Shown here in pieces: positions 49,212-62,190 of a stretch of DNA of 64,000 nt. The stretch is from Tubulanus polymorphus. Lineage: Eukaryota; Animalia; Nemertea. Position numbers and translations under genes: made by a program. Location of the stretch: assembly GCF_964204645.1 (NCBI RefSeq), contig NW_027437438.1, positions 62,001-126,000 on the forward strand. Reading direction: 5' to 3'. Position 1 is the first letter of the stretch; each line of letters starts with the position of its first letter. Under the pieces are notes generated by a model, which saw only the letters and a list, made by a program, of their open reading frames with translations, did not search any database and was not told where the DNA came from.

Positions 49212-51310
49212 CAAACATTGATACATGTATGTGGATTACATAATAAGTTAAGGTTGCCTGAGTATATAAACTTTCTTAAGGAATTTCGAAAGGTTTGAAA
49301 AATCATTGTTATTACGCATTAGAATAGAAAATTTCGCTGTATTTGGGTTGTTCCGGTATCTCGAGTTGATATATTCTAACCTAAGGTTATCATAAAACGG
49401 ACATATCAAAACGATATGATATTCGTCTCCAACTGCATTAATATTACACCGGGAGCATGTGCGGTGAGCATACGGTAATGGGGGTCTCGTCCATCTACCA
49501 GTCTCCACTTTTAAATCATGACTTGAACACCTAAATCTTGCTATAGTAGTTCTAATAAATTTTGACATGTCCAGATATGGCTCATACATGATAGTCATTT
49601 TATAGTCCCGATAGTATAACGCTTTCTTAGACGTAGATATTGCGTTAAACCAATTTTTACAATAAATATCTTTCATACGTTGTTCGACTGAACGGATAAA
49701 CCACAATTCGTTTTCTACCCTCTGATTAATCCAGAATTCCCCATATCCCAGGCTATTCAACAGATCCCTAACTTTTGATGCCCAATTTACTATGTTAAGT
49801 GAACCTTGACACTCGGTGAACATGAAATCATAAACTCTTTTTGCAAATTTTTCAAGTTTTGATTTAGTGATCTTTAGCCAGTATTTCAGTACCTGTAGTC
49901 GCTGGTTAATAAACAGTGGATATTCACCTAATTCCCCATACACAAAAAAGTCCGGTGTGGTCTGTTTTACACCCAGTAGAGATTTATAGAATTTAAGAAC
50001 AATGCGCCCCAATTTCTTCTCTACCTGAAACCCCCATATTTGACATCCATAGTTTAAGACCGGTACAACCATGGCGTTAAAGAACTTGAGTGCTAAGCGT
50101 GTTGCTATGTTTGGGTAGCGTAAAAGATATTTGCGAAATGTGAAATACGCTGCTTTTCCATTATTTGCTAGCGAGTCTATAGTTTGAGTAAATTTTCCAT
50201 TAAAATTTAATACCAAGCCTAGGTATTTGAAATGACTCACACATTCAAGTACTCGACCGTTAATTGTCCATTTATATAACCGAGTTTAAGCAGATTTCCT
50301 AAATATAACTATTTTTGTTTTATCATAATTTATCTTAATATGTTTGGTTTCACAATAGATATAAACATTATCGAGCGCCACTTGAAGAGAGTCAGGAGAA
50401 TCAGCCAGCACTACCGTGTCATCAGCATGTATGAGTAATAATAGTTTCAGAGTTCCCATATCAATTCCCTCATAATTTCCGGATTTCACACAGCTTTCCA
50501 TATCATTGATAAAGAGACTAAAAAGTAAAGGTGATAGACATTCACCCTGTCTGACCTCTGTGTCACAAATGAAATAATCAGAGTAATGGTTTTGATATCT
50601 TACACGTTATTTTGTGGACATATACATAGATTTGATAATACATAATATTTTACCCGAGATCCCACTCACAGAGAGTTGTTGTAGCAATAACGAGCGGTCA
50701 ACCAAATCAAACGCCTTCGAAAAATCAATGAAGGCCGCGTATAGTTTGCAATTCTTGTTTAACAGGTGATTTATAACCGAATTCAATACAAATATTTGGT
50801 CCGTTGTACTATAAGTTGGCCTTAAGCCAGCTTGCGCCTCCGATAGAACAGAGTATGCCTCACACCATGAAGTTAATCTAGTATTCAAAATTATTGAGAA
50901 GAGTTTGCCAAATACCGACAAGATGGTTATGCCCCTGTAATTATTTGCTGAATTGTTTGAACCACCCTTGTGTAGTGGAACAATATAGCCAGTGGTTCAT
51001 GATTCGGGATAGCGACCACTATCTAATATAATATTAAAAAGAATAGTAAGTTGAGTAACAATTGGGTTGCCACCAGCGATAAATACCTCGCCTTTTATAC
51101 CATCTATTCCTGCAGATTTATTTCTTTTTAGCAATTTAAATGCTCTATTAACCTCCTCCAATGTGATTTGCTGATCAAGTATGTGATCAGATACTTCGAT
51201 ATCAACATCCAGTGGAGGGCGATCTTCATACGAGATACTAATAATAATGTATATTTAGAAATTATCGCGAGGTACAACACCGGATTTAATTCGTCTGCAA
51301 AATAAATGTA
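49211..51310 (-). mobile_element. 5'-truncated non-LTR retrotransposon (RTE-X-like): RT + C-terminal CCHC
   Basis: NNYRGIT, QAG.R, FIDFSKAFD, VRQGECLSP, HADD, FKYLG, RCSSHDLKVETGRW..C..C..DEYH..IC; 3' end abuts (TA)n. Clade assignment tentative. Confidence 0.85.
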
Positions 51311-52537
51311 CATACAGTTAATATTTCAAATCGAATCAAATTTCGAATCGTAGCGAGCAGAATTTTGAAATAGGGTTTCATAAAAATGTTTCCTACATTT
51401 TTCACGAAAATGAAATCGGGAAAATTTCTATTTTTATCAGCCAATCAGGAAGTTGAGTCTTCCCTGTGATTGGTTTATCTGAAAATATCAGCAGCTGTTC
51501 ACGTGAATTGTCGTGATTTCATTACTGGCGCTTTTGCGCATGACGTCATGTATCAACACGCGACAATACTTCCGCGTTCGCTACGTGTTCGCTGATTGGC
51601 CCATTTACTGGGAAATTCCACAGTAGCCTAATGTGGTTTGTTACAAGCGCTGTGATTGGCCCGACCCGATTCTGGCACGGCTTTAGTTTAGTGGGTTCGA
51701 ATCCCTTGACGGGTGAAGATGATGGATCCTATCAATCTCTATTGAAACAAATAAGTTTCCCGGTTGGGCAGCCGCGGATATCTACCGGAAGTGTTCCGGT
51801 TCGATATTTCGAGGTTTCTTTGAATTTTGGAGTGATATTGAAATCCGGTAAATACCGGCAGTAGATTGTGAAAACCCATTGCATGATATTTGTATTACTT
51901 AATCAACGAGAAGCGTCTGGGCCGCGCCCGGAGTTTTCACGATTCAAGTAGCGTAATAGCCTACTTCTTCGTGTTCGTCCACCTCAATTTTCACTCCGCC
52001 GATCTCTGACACGGCTCTGTCGCCGTCGGCGCTGTGATTGCACTTTCGTACCACCAACATTTTTTATCTTTATATCAGGGAGGTCTGGAGAATAAAAAAG
52101 GCAAAATTTGGATATCACATAGGCCTAATTTGGGGCCTGGTTTCATCGAATAAGTCGACTATGGTCGTTACGTTTCCGTACTAATTACAACCTAAAACAG
52201 TCTGAACAATTTTGTCACAATCAACATTTCGTTTACAGAAATCAGCAAGTGTTCACGTGAACCCGCGGTATCGTCTACTGTTTTACTTCCGGTTTTTTTA
52301 AGATTTAGAATTGTATTTCAAGATCGATTTCTATGAAATCTTTAGTTGATTTGGTGTTTGGGAGGAATTTTTATTTGCTCTATAGAAAATTCATCCTTGA
52401 CAATTGCGCAAAGTTCGCGAAAAAATAGCTTTTCCCAAATCCATCGGGTGTATGACTTTGATATGCCAATTAGCCATGTGCTCGAATAACAAATTCAATC
52501 AAATTTTATTCTGCCAAAAATGTTAAATCCAATTCAT

Positions 52538-53605
52538 TTTTAGCCCACTTGGGACTTTAGTCCCAGCGGGCTATTGCGTTCACTTTTCGTCCGTCGTCCG
52601 TCCGTCCGTAGACGGAATCCAGTTATTTTGGGAAGTTTTAATAATAATAATAATTGTCATTTATCACGCGCAAGTATCCTTTGACAGTTCAAATGCGCTC
52701 TCCGAGAGTTAATGCTATGCTGCATGGAACAAAGTTGTTTTGAGATGGGTCTTGAAGCTATTGAGGTCGAGAGATAACTATCTAGATAGTTCGTGAGAGT
52801 TCCAAAGTTTTGAAGACGCTTCAAGGTAATGTCTTGATATTTGGTTTTAACATGTATCTACCCTAGACACATCTTCAGGCCAAAAACTGGCCCTGTCAGA
52901 TTCAAGATGGCCGACTGGCAGCCATTGTTGTTCGCCAAAATCAGCACTTTGTACACATTTTTGAAGTTTTCGAGGGACATTGAAGACATCAATAACCTTG
53001 ATCATTCGTATATATTTGTATCCCCCAATGGCCCATCGGCATGAGAAATGGGTCTATCGGACTCAAGATGGCCGTCCTGTGACCTTTTTTGTTCCCAAAA
53101 TGTCAATTTTGGCCTGAATTCTGAGTCCTGTAGCTTCCTTATGGTTTGCCATTTTTCATTGCAATTTGTAATGGGTATTCTTTGGAAAGGGATCTTTTAT
53201 ATCCGAGAGGGTATTTTTGACCACGCAATTATGACGCAATTGGCGGCCATCTTGGGGTCATCAGTACTCATTCGTAGGTGGAAAAAAGTTTTTCCACATC
53301 ATATTGATACTTAAGCATATTTTAATATCACAATCAATTGGAAAGTTGTAGCTCATGACATGGTCTATGATCTGGGGGAGTTTCAAGCTCATTGGTTTTT
53401 GTATATGGCCACCAGGGGGCGTTGAACAATACAATAACTTAGTATTTCTATATTACATTCGTTCCTGCTGTCTGTGTTAACACACGCTTGTACTATGTAA
53501 ATGATATTGAGCAGGGAGTGTATATTGATATATATATAACCCACAGATTACATCATTTTTAAAAAGCAAATCTGACAGGCTGGCCATTGTGCCCCTTGGG
53601 GCACT
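52538..53605 (+). mobile_element. Helentron/DINE-1-like non-autonomous modular repeat, copy 1
   Basis: T-run start, short subterminal inverted repeat, (CGTC)n, AAGATGGCCG motifs, 3' hairpin GTGCCCC-TT-GGGGCAC; inverted homologues at 61020-62190 and 63814-64000. Confidence 0.7.
52640..52804 (-). mobile_element. Short 5'-truncated retroposed insertion with (ATT)n tail
   Basis: Absent from the homologous copy at ~62100; flanked by an AAGTTTT duplication; (AAT)n at its left end. Confidence 0.6.
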
Positions 53606-53910
53606 ATGCCCGCGATGATAATTGTCCTGCGAAGGGTAAGACTTGTAACAAATGTCAGATGGTAGGACATTTCGGAACTGTGTGCAAAACAGGCAAGAAA
53701 TTTGACAATGCGAAGGGTAGTAGGCCCAAGTCTAAGTGGGGTAAAACTGGAAAGTTTGTGAGAACTGTACGAAACAATGATGAAAGCGACGATGATTATA
53801 CATTTACAGTTAGTGATAACGTAAACAACATCGGTGAAAGCTCGTGTTGCACTGATGTAATTATGGTGTCCGTACCACAGTGTTAGTGGATAGCGGTGCT
53901 ACATGCGTCC
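53596..53910 (+). pseudogene. Gypsy gag knuckle/protease fragment
   Basis: GHYARDDNCPA..CNKCQMVGHFGTVC, LVDSGATC; same family style as 28248-28985. Confidence 0.75.
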
Positions 53911-54957
53911 CTAGTAGGTCTGCTTTCTCAAGACTGCGGGCCTCTTTTATAGAAAAGATCGGCATTCCTAGAATGCCGACTCTCCCGTTCGACTTTTGGC
54001 AAGGAGCAGCAACCTAGCTGTCATGACGGTTTTGGACATGTAGAATTAGCCTTAATGATTCGCTAATCTAAAATTATTTGAGAAACTGATTTGCCAAAGT
54101 AACTTTTCTTTCCAACCCTCCTGTCATGACGCGCTTTGATTTACTCACTCCTTGCTTATCATTGTTGAGAGAGCAGCTATTCTCTACGAGTTACCAACAG
54201 ACATGTACACCAACAGAAACTTTAGAGAGCTAGTATTGATATTTGCCACAATTAAACTTCCATAAAACTTAAGCCATTATAAAGGTCTTGTCCTTAATTA
54301 ACATCCAGGATACTTAATTTAGATATATTTTCAAAACTTAGTTTTCACCTAGATTATGGAACAAACTCATCGTTTCTTTTTCCAATCAACAATAGTAAAC
54401 TTTTGATTCAGAAATACAATGTAATTAACTATCAAATCTAAAATCATTCTATACTCATTATACCAATTTTCATTTATAATTTAACTAATTCTATTATAAT
54501 ACAGGATAAAGCAAAACAACAATGTCTTCCTATACTTCCGGTTCTTCCTTTTATAGAAAGTAGTCGGGAGTATCAAGAAGTAACAGCGAGATCCCTGCAC
54601 AAACCACATTATCAAAGCACCTCATTGTTCCGACCCAACCAATTACAGTTCCGTCTATTCTTAAGTTTAAAAATAATTCTGAATGTTTGCCAGATATCGC
54701 AGCACAAGAACCGAGAAAGAATTATTTTTGCACCTGGCTGATTTATTGTCAGCGCTGATAGATCAAAGCATCAAACAACAACTTGCACAATTTTATACTA
54801 CATCGTTTGTTGTCTGATACCCATAAAGAAACCACCAACACAAACAAAAACCAACATTACAAACATTTTTTAGTTACTACGGAATCTTGCTGCGGATCAG
54901 TAGGTACATTGAACTGGATATTATGTATTCAACTAAAACTGATAAAATATGTAACAG

Positions 54958-55415
54958 CAGGCGCGGATCCAGACTATCGCACATGCAGCACGTGCGGTAG
55001 TCTCAGTTTTCAAATGCCCTTGAAAAATTTATGTTTCGGGAAAAAAGTAAATAAAAGGGCACACAATTTGTGCGCCATAAAAAAATAATTGCTTTTCTGT
55101 ACTAGGCCTAAAGCAAAATGCGAATGAAATAGATTGCCCAAAATCATAAAAGGCAATATAAGGCATTTTTTTACTCAAAAGGGCACTATTCTAAAAGAGA
55201 CATTATTGATGCTCTATAAATTTAATCGAAAAAGGGCAAATTTCGCCAAAAATCTAAAAAAGGCACAAGCAAATTGAATGTGAAGGCAAAGTTAGTGGCG
55301 ATACCAATGAATGGCACTCAAACTCGCTCGCTGGGCATTAATACTGGCCCTTTTCAAAGTTGGTGCCCTTTTTTCACTGTGCGGTAGTCACTGTATGGCC
55401 CTGGATCCGCGCCTG
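54958..55415. mobile_element. hAT5-like MITE
   Basis: Perfect 15-bp TIR CAGGCGCGGATCCAG; TSD AACAG (54953-54957, 55416-55420). Confidence 0.88.
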
Positions 55416-55700
55416 AACAGGTTAGATAGGATGTTCTCTGTTCAGGGTTATCCAGAGTTTATGAAGGCCAATAATGGTCCTCAGTTTATTTCAGTTGAGT
55501 TTGATAATTATATGTTTAGAAACGGTATTAAACGTAAGGGTACAATTCCTCTGTGGCCTCAAGCGAATGGAGAAGTGGAGCGTCAGAACAGATCGCTTCT
55601 AAAGGCTATGAGAATCGCACACTCCGAGGGTAAAAACTGGCGTGAAGAGATTTATACATTCTTGCTGGCTTATAGGTCAACATCTCATTCAACCACTGGT
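55416..55700 (+). pseudogene. Gypsy integrase fragment
   Basis: NNGPQFIS, WPQANGEVERQNRSLLKAMR, FLLAYRSTSHSTTG; homologous to 25900-26100. Confidence 0.8.
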
Positions 55701-56080
55701 CATGTGACGAGCCCAATAAATGATTGCGCATAGATTCGGCCTCTCAGCATTTAGCACAGCAGTTCCGAGAAGTGTTAAGACCGATCAGCGCGCGCTAAAA
55801 CCGGTGCTAGTACGATCAATATCTACAGGTATATACGTGTTCAGTATTACACAGCGAGTACCAGTATGTTGATCGAGCGTCGTCGTAGCAACGCGCTATA
55901 CAGCGGCTTGAACTAGCGAGTAACGTTAATTATCTTTTAACCAAATTAGAGCACTTATAACCATCGGAATCAAATATAAACCAAGCTGCACCATCTACAT
56001 CAAGTAGAGAATACCTGTGTGAAATTACAGAATTGTCGGTCCACACAAACAGCTTAAATCGTGTCATAAAGAAACATCCA

Positions 56081-56388
56081 CAGACAGACAGACAGACAGA
56101 CCGACCGACCGACCGACCGACCGACCGACCGACCGACCGACCGACCGACCGACCGACCGACCGACCGACCGACCGACCGACCGACCGACCGACCGACCGA
56201 CCGACCGACCGACCGACCGACCGACCGACCGACCGACCGACCGACCGACCGACCGACCGACCGACCGACCGACCGACCGACCGACCGACCGACCGACCGA
56301 CCGACACGACAGACACGACAGACAGACAGACAGACACGACGACGATGCCATAGATGGGTTCGTCTGACGACGAAACCCATCAATAAAA
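56081..56388. repeat. (GACC)n microsatellite with flanking (GACA)n and a hairpin, end of a DINE-1/HINE-like element
   Basis: About 50 GACC units; GATGGGTT...AACCCATC hairpin at 56353-56381 followed by an A-run. Confidence 0.85.
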
Positions 56389-57809
56389 CTATATTTTGAA
56401 CGGTATTCCTGGAATTTTACAATCCAAGGTCGCAATCAATGTCCGATTAGCAAAGTTGTCTGAGCATGGCTGCGCCATATCCAGAATCAAATTGTTAAAT
56501 CCGATGTAATAAAATATTTTTAATGATGTTGATCTCAGTGCCGACATCACGAATTGATTGAAATAAGAAAAAAAAAATATTTACGAGAATGGACAGTTTG
56601 GTAGTCGGTCGGCCGCATGTGTTTTTGAAAAAAGTAATTTCACCTGAAATTTTGAAAAAGGGTCTGTAGGCAATTAAATTTTATTCTACAAATGAATATT
56701 TGTTACAACGGAATATCGGGATTTCTTTTGGCGTGGCCGTATTGTTATTTGTTTGAGAATTTGTATTTTGAATTCTAATTACGTGAGAATTTGTATCTAT
56801 TACTATTTGTCTGAGAATTTGTATGTTGTTTACTATTTTTCTGGGAATTCGTATCTAGCCTGCAACAGATGTAAAGAGAATCTGCTGCCGTACTTAGTGT
56901 TGTCAGGGCTGCAGATGGAAGGGTGTCTTCTGTTTTCAATTTTTTTGGTGTAAGCATTTGATTTTTCATTATGTGGTCTCTTCTTCCTTTCTTATAAATA
57001 TATGGATTAAACACGTAATATATGGATAAAACCATGTCATTTAAATTCGCTCCATTAGTATAAGTAATAGGCTCAGCCTATGTTTGGTCGAGACCGAGAA
57101 CGAAAAAGTGATCCTGATTTATTACTTGTATTCTTTTCTCGAATATCAGACGTTGTTACGGTCTCTTACAACGAGAAGGAACAAAGGCTATTTCAAAAGA
57201 TACAAAGTTTCTAAGATACTATTTTAGTCCATTTTCAATGACATCTCTAAACTCACCGATTTGAAGTTCTCATTTTCACCATGGATGACGTCAAGTTTTT
57301 CAGCTAGTGTCAGACTGGGAAAGAGACATTGTGTTGATTCAGTTGTTGCAGATCGTTGCTGTTGGGCCAGTATGTGTCACTACCTATTTGTGGTATGTTG
57401 GCATGCGGAAGTGCTACGCGTTGATGCTAGCAGTCAATGTCGTTTACATTGAGTCTGAGAAGCACTGCAAATTTGTTAGATCATGGCCCAATACGACGGT
57501 CAGCATATTATTTCTGATTGATTTAGGTTGGTACGGTTTTTCCTGTTATTATAGTTTGGAATTGTGTATTTTAGTCAATCACTGTGACGATGAATCCTTA
57601 ATGAGGATTGAATTCAGTGAATAAACAAGACAATTCGATACTACGTATCTATGTCCCCCGCGATAGCCAGTATAGAATGAATGACCCCTGAAGACACTGA
57701 TATTTGGTATAGAAAAATGATGAGTGTATCCAGGGATAACCATACTATGAAATATCATTTTCCTGCTATGAATGGTTATTTAAGAATTGAGTTTACAGGG
57801 TTTTAGGCA

Positions 57810-58505
57810 AACGACGTCTACCAACCTTGACCTTTGACCCTAGAACTGCAAAATCACTAATGCACATCCTCTTCCCAGGGGTAATCATACTATGAAATAG
57901 CATTGTTCCGTTATCAATGGTTCTTCTTGAATCGTTTTTACAAGCTTTCATATGAATGATATCTAGTGACCTTGACCTTTTCCCCAAAATCAATAGGGCA
58001 CATCCTCTCCCTAGGGGTAATCATATGATGTAATATCGTTGTATTGCTATCAACAGTTCTTTCTGAATCACATTCACGACACAAGGTTTCACGTGAATGA
58101 CCTGAAGTGACCTTGACCTTTGATCCCAGAATCAATAGGGCACATCCTCTCCCTCGGGGTAATCATTCTACGTAATATCATGGTCCTGCTATCAACGGTT
58201 CTTCTTGAATGACGTTCACAAGGTTTCACATGAATATCCTGTAGTGACCTTGACCTTTGGTCCTTGGACCCCAAAATCAATAGGGCACATCCTCTGCCTA
58301 GGGGTAATCATACTACGTTATATCATGGTCCTATAATCGACGGTTCTTCTTGAATCACGTTCACAAGGTTTTACATGAATGACCTGTAGTGACCTTGACC
58401 TTTGATCATTGGACCCAAGAATCATTAGGGCACATCCTCTCCCTAGGGGTAATCATACTGTGTAATATCATAGTCCTGCGATCAACGGTTCTTCTTGAAT
58501 CGCGT
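57810..58505. repeat. ~140-bp tandem repeat (about 5 copies) with GTGACCTTGACCTTT motif; core of a HINE/pearl-like element
   Basis: AATCAATAGGGCACATCCTCTCCCTAGGGGTAATCAT repeated about every 140 bp. Confidence 0.85.
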
Positions 58506-58624
58506 TCCTACGCCGCGCGGGGAACAATAAATGAAACGAAAATACATCTGATGATTTGGTTTATTGTTGAAGTTGGATTTTGCAGTGGAGAACTACACCA
58601 GGTATATAAAGGTCAGACACTGAC

Positions 58625-58790
58625 GATCTGCGCGAACCAGTTACGCGATCGCGTAATGATCAGTTGCGCGAGTTGTTACTTCGCGCAGCTAGGATATTTT
58701 CATGATCAGTTGCGCAAGGTAATTAGACCGGGTACTTCGCGCAGCTGATAGTAATGATCAGCTGCGCGAGGTTATTAGACCCGGTACGTC
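58625..58790. repeat. Short repeats built on GATCAG(T/C)TGCGCG; probable transposon subterminal array
   Basis: Motif recurs about 4-6 times in both orientations. Confidence 0.5.
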
Positions 58791-61019
58791 GTACTATCAA
58801 AGATTTCTGTTGCAGGCGCGTATATTTTATTTTACCTCTACTTAGTGCGATGATTTTTCGGGAGAGCGGGATTTCAAGTGACAATTTTTTTCAATGGATT
58901 TCCCGACGATGACAAACAGACGAGAAAAACGACAGTTTAGCAGAGAACATTAAATACACGTATACTGATCGAGAGAAAAAGTCGAGTATTAAATAAAAAT
59001 TCTGTTCATCACTAATGAAATCATACACATGTAAACACTTTGACTAAACATTATATGCGAACATTATATATAAAAATATTAAAATAACACGTTAAACGTT
59101 AACGTTAAACACCCACAGATTGAAGAGAAAAAAGGTATCTCTTTTCATGGTCTGTAGTTAGCATTTTTTAGTTTTTGGATTCATTTATTGCGCGATGTAG
59201 GACAAAAATGATACCTTATTTCTCATTTTTCCCCAAGTTAATTTTACACATAGCCGGCCACTTATGTATAAAGTATTCAAATAATTCTACAAACAAGTAA
59301 TTTTTAGACCCGACAGCTAAGAAAATGAGTTGGCGAGCATTTCTATTTGGAATTTACTTAATTACCAGGCATGAGATGGAGGCCCTAATTTTTTTGCCAT
59401 AAATTCGTTCTCCTTCCTGCATTATATATATACATCATATTTATCATTTTGCATCAATCTAATTATTAAGATTTTCTTTTTGGTCAATAAATAAGTTATT
59501 TTCTGAAGGCACCTGGCTATAACTTGATATAGCCTGAAGGCCTGACTGGCTATAACTTGATCACTCTGAATATACACATTTATCATGAATTTCTGCCGTT
59601 AACTAATTATAAGTCCAGTATAAACTACTACGTAAATGCATTTTTAAACTCTGAAGTACCGGTCCAGTGTTGGCTCCTGAGGTAACGAACAATGAAATCA
59701 TTATAATCGGTACCGGTTTTCTTTAGTATTAGATTCGAATGCGAGTAATCTTCTTACAATAAGTAGCCAAAATGTAAAACGCAGCAGAAATTGTGGCATA
59801 TGCATGTGCATTAATTAGTAATCCCATTCGCCCATTTATTTTAAAACGCCAGCACAATGTTTGCCAATCGTACCAGGAACCCTAATTTCTTCATAATTAT
59901 CGTATGTAATTGGTCTAGAAATTCTGAATTCAAAGACTTTAATACGACAACTTCAATGAAAATCTATGATAAAGTTTATTTCATTCAAGAAACTTATTTC
60001 ACTGTATGAAAAGTCGGTTTCCAGTCGGTTCCGGTAGGCTCCAGTCAGATTTAATAGGAGCCTCTTGAATCGATATAGTTGGCTTTAATAACGGTAGAGC
60101 GAAATAAAACATACAAACTTTAAGTCCAACAAGTAGCCAGCTTCACAGTTTGGATTAAAAGCTGAATCAAAGACCATGTATCCAACTTTTGAGCCAAAGC
60201 GTTTACTTTTTCTTAGTAGCCGCAATTAACACTTATCGGCTACTTTTCTGTACATCTAAAAACAGTCACTCTGAAATAGTCTACCTTTCAATTCGGTTGG
60301 TTTTTTTCAAGAGGGTCATCCGTTGGTATTTTTAAATGCTCTCAATAGAGGCTTGCATGTATGGCAAACCAATAGTGCTGAATCAATTTAGAGTACCGGT
60401 AGAGGTAAAAGAAAACATACGAAGTTGAATAAAGAGCCAGTTTAACAGGTTGAATTAGTAACTGAACCAGATATCATAAAAGGTTCCTGGTTCCTTATTC
60501 GAAGGTGACATTTGTATAAGGTATTGAATCAGGGACCAGTACTCAGATTCACTGGGGGTATCTCTGCAAGTTGTTTTGATGGACAGAATCAAGGAATAAA
60601 TTTCTCATATGTGTGGCTTGATAATAGATTGATGGATGTGTGTTTTCATAGACTGTGTGTTTTCATTCCTCACCCAACAACAAGACTTAAAGACTTCCTT
60701 TGCACTAAACATGACTTTATTTTCTTGTATGATCAATAATGATTGCGGTGATAGTGATCCAATCAAGTAAGAAAAGTATTCTTGCTAAGTCTGTCCAAAA
60801 ACTCCACGATTGTTCTTGTTGGTCGTCCTACAACAACGAAAAATACCCATTGAAAATTAATAAAATATAAAGTACCCCGGTAGTCAAATACCAAAAGACG
60901 ATGTGAAATTTGTTTGTTATTTAATGTCTTTGACATACACTCAGCAATCTTCCAGCCATGTCATTCTTTATGGCATACCCACTTGGGAAGTGGTTTCAAA
61001 TGCTCAACAATCTAACACT

Positions 61020-62190
61020 TTCGATATTCAACGCCCCCTGGTGACCATATACAACAACCAATGACCTTGAAACTCACCACAATCATAGAACATGTCAGCA
61101 GCTACGATGATTTTGTAATTGATTGTGATAACAAAATATGCCACGTTCCCAATTTGATATGGAAATACTGAGTTATTCTACTATTCAACGCCCCCTGGTG
61201 ACCATATGCAAAACCCAATCACCTTGAAACTCACCACAATCATAGAACATGTCATGAGCCACAACTTTGCAATCGATCATGGTAATAAAATATGCCTAGG
61301 TGCCAATATAATAAGAAAATACTAAGTTATTCTAATATTCAACGCCCCCTAGTGACTATAAAGAACAACTAATGTCCTAAAAACTCACAACTATCATAGA
61401 CGATGTCATGAGCTACAACTTTGCAATTGATTGTGGTAACAAAATATGCATAGGTACCAATAAAATATTGAAATACTAAGTTATTGTATTATTCATCGCC
61501 CCCTGGTGGCCATATACAAAAAAAGCAATGACCTTGAAACTCACCAATATCATAGAACACGTTGTCAGCTACAACCTTCCAATCAATTGTGGTTACTAAA
61601 TATGCTTAGGTATCAATATGATGTGGAAAAAATTTTTTCCCACCTACGAATGAGTACTGATGACACCTAGATGGCCGCCGATTGCGTCATAATTGGCTGA
61701 TCAAAAATACCTATCTCAGGTATAAAAGATCCCTTTCCAAAGAATACCCATCACAAATTGCAAAGAAAAATGGCAAACCAGTAGGAAGCTACAGGACTCA
61801 GAATTCGGGCTAAAATTGACATTTTTGGGCACAAAAAAGGTCATAGGATGGCCATCTTGAGTCTGATCGACCCAATTTTTCTCACGCTGATGGGCCCTTG
61901 GGGGTTCCAAATATACATGAAAGATCAAGGTAATTGATCTAAGCGTCTTCAAAATTTCCCTCAAAAAGTTCAAAATGTGTAAAAAGTCGGTCGGTCTGTC
62001 AAGTCAGCCATCTTGGATCTGACCGGGCCAGTTTTGGGCTGAAGATGTGTCTAGGGTCATGTGTAACACAAATATCAAGACATTGAAGCGTCTTCAAAAC
62101 TTCCCAAAATAACTGGATTCCGTCTACGGACGGACGAACGAAAAGCGAACGCAACAGCCCGCTGGTAATAAAGTCCCGAGTGGGCTAAAA
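61020..62190 (-). mobile_element. Helentron/DINE-1-like modular repeat, copy 2, with four ~155-bp core units
   Basis: Inverted homologue of 52538-53450; CA(A/T)CGCCCCCT(G/A)GTG recurs at ~61029, ~61186, ~61340 and ~61494. Confidence 0.75.

Noticed and set aside
51660-51720. GGGTTCGAATCCC B-box suggesting a tRNA gene (a similar motif is at ~48425)
   Set aside because: No cloverleaf or properly spaced A-box could be built; at most a SINE-like remnant.
55930-56435. ORFs with SVGR/TDRP repeats
   Set aside because: Translations of the (GACC)n microsatellite.
60100-60800. Weak RT-like peptides (LFLDVQK; SINLLSSHTYEK) on the minus strand
   Set aside because: Too degenerate to support a call without a search.
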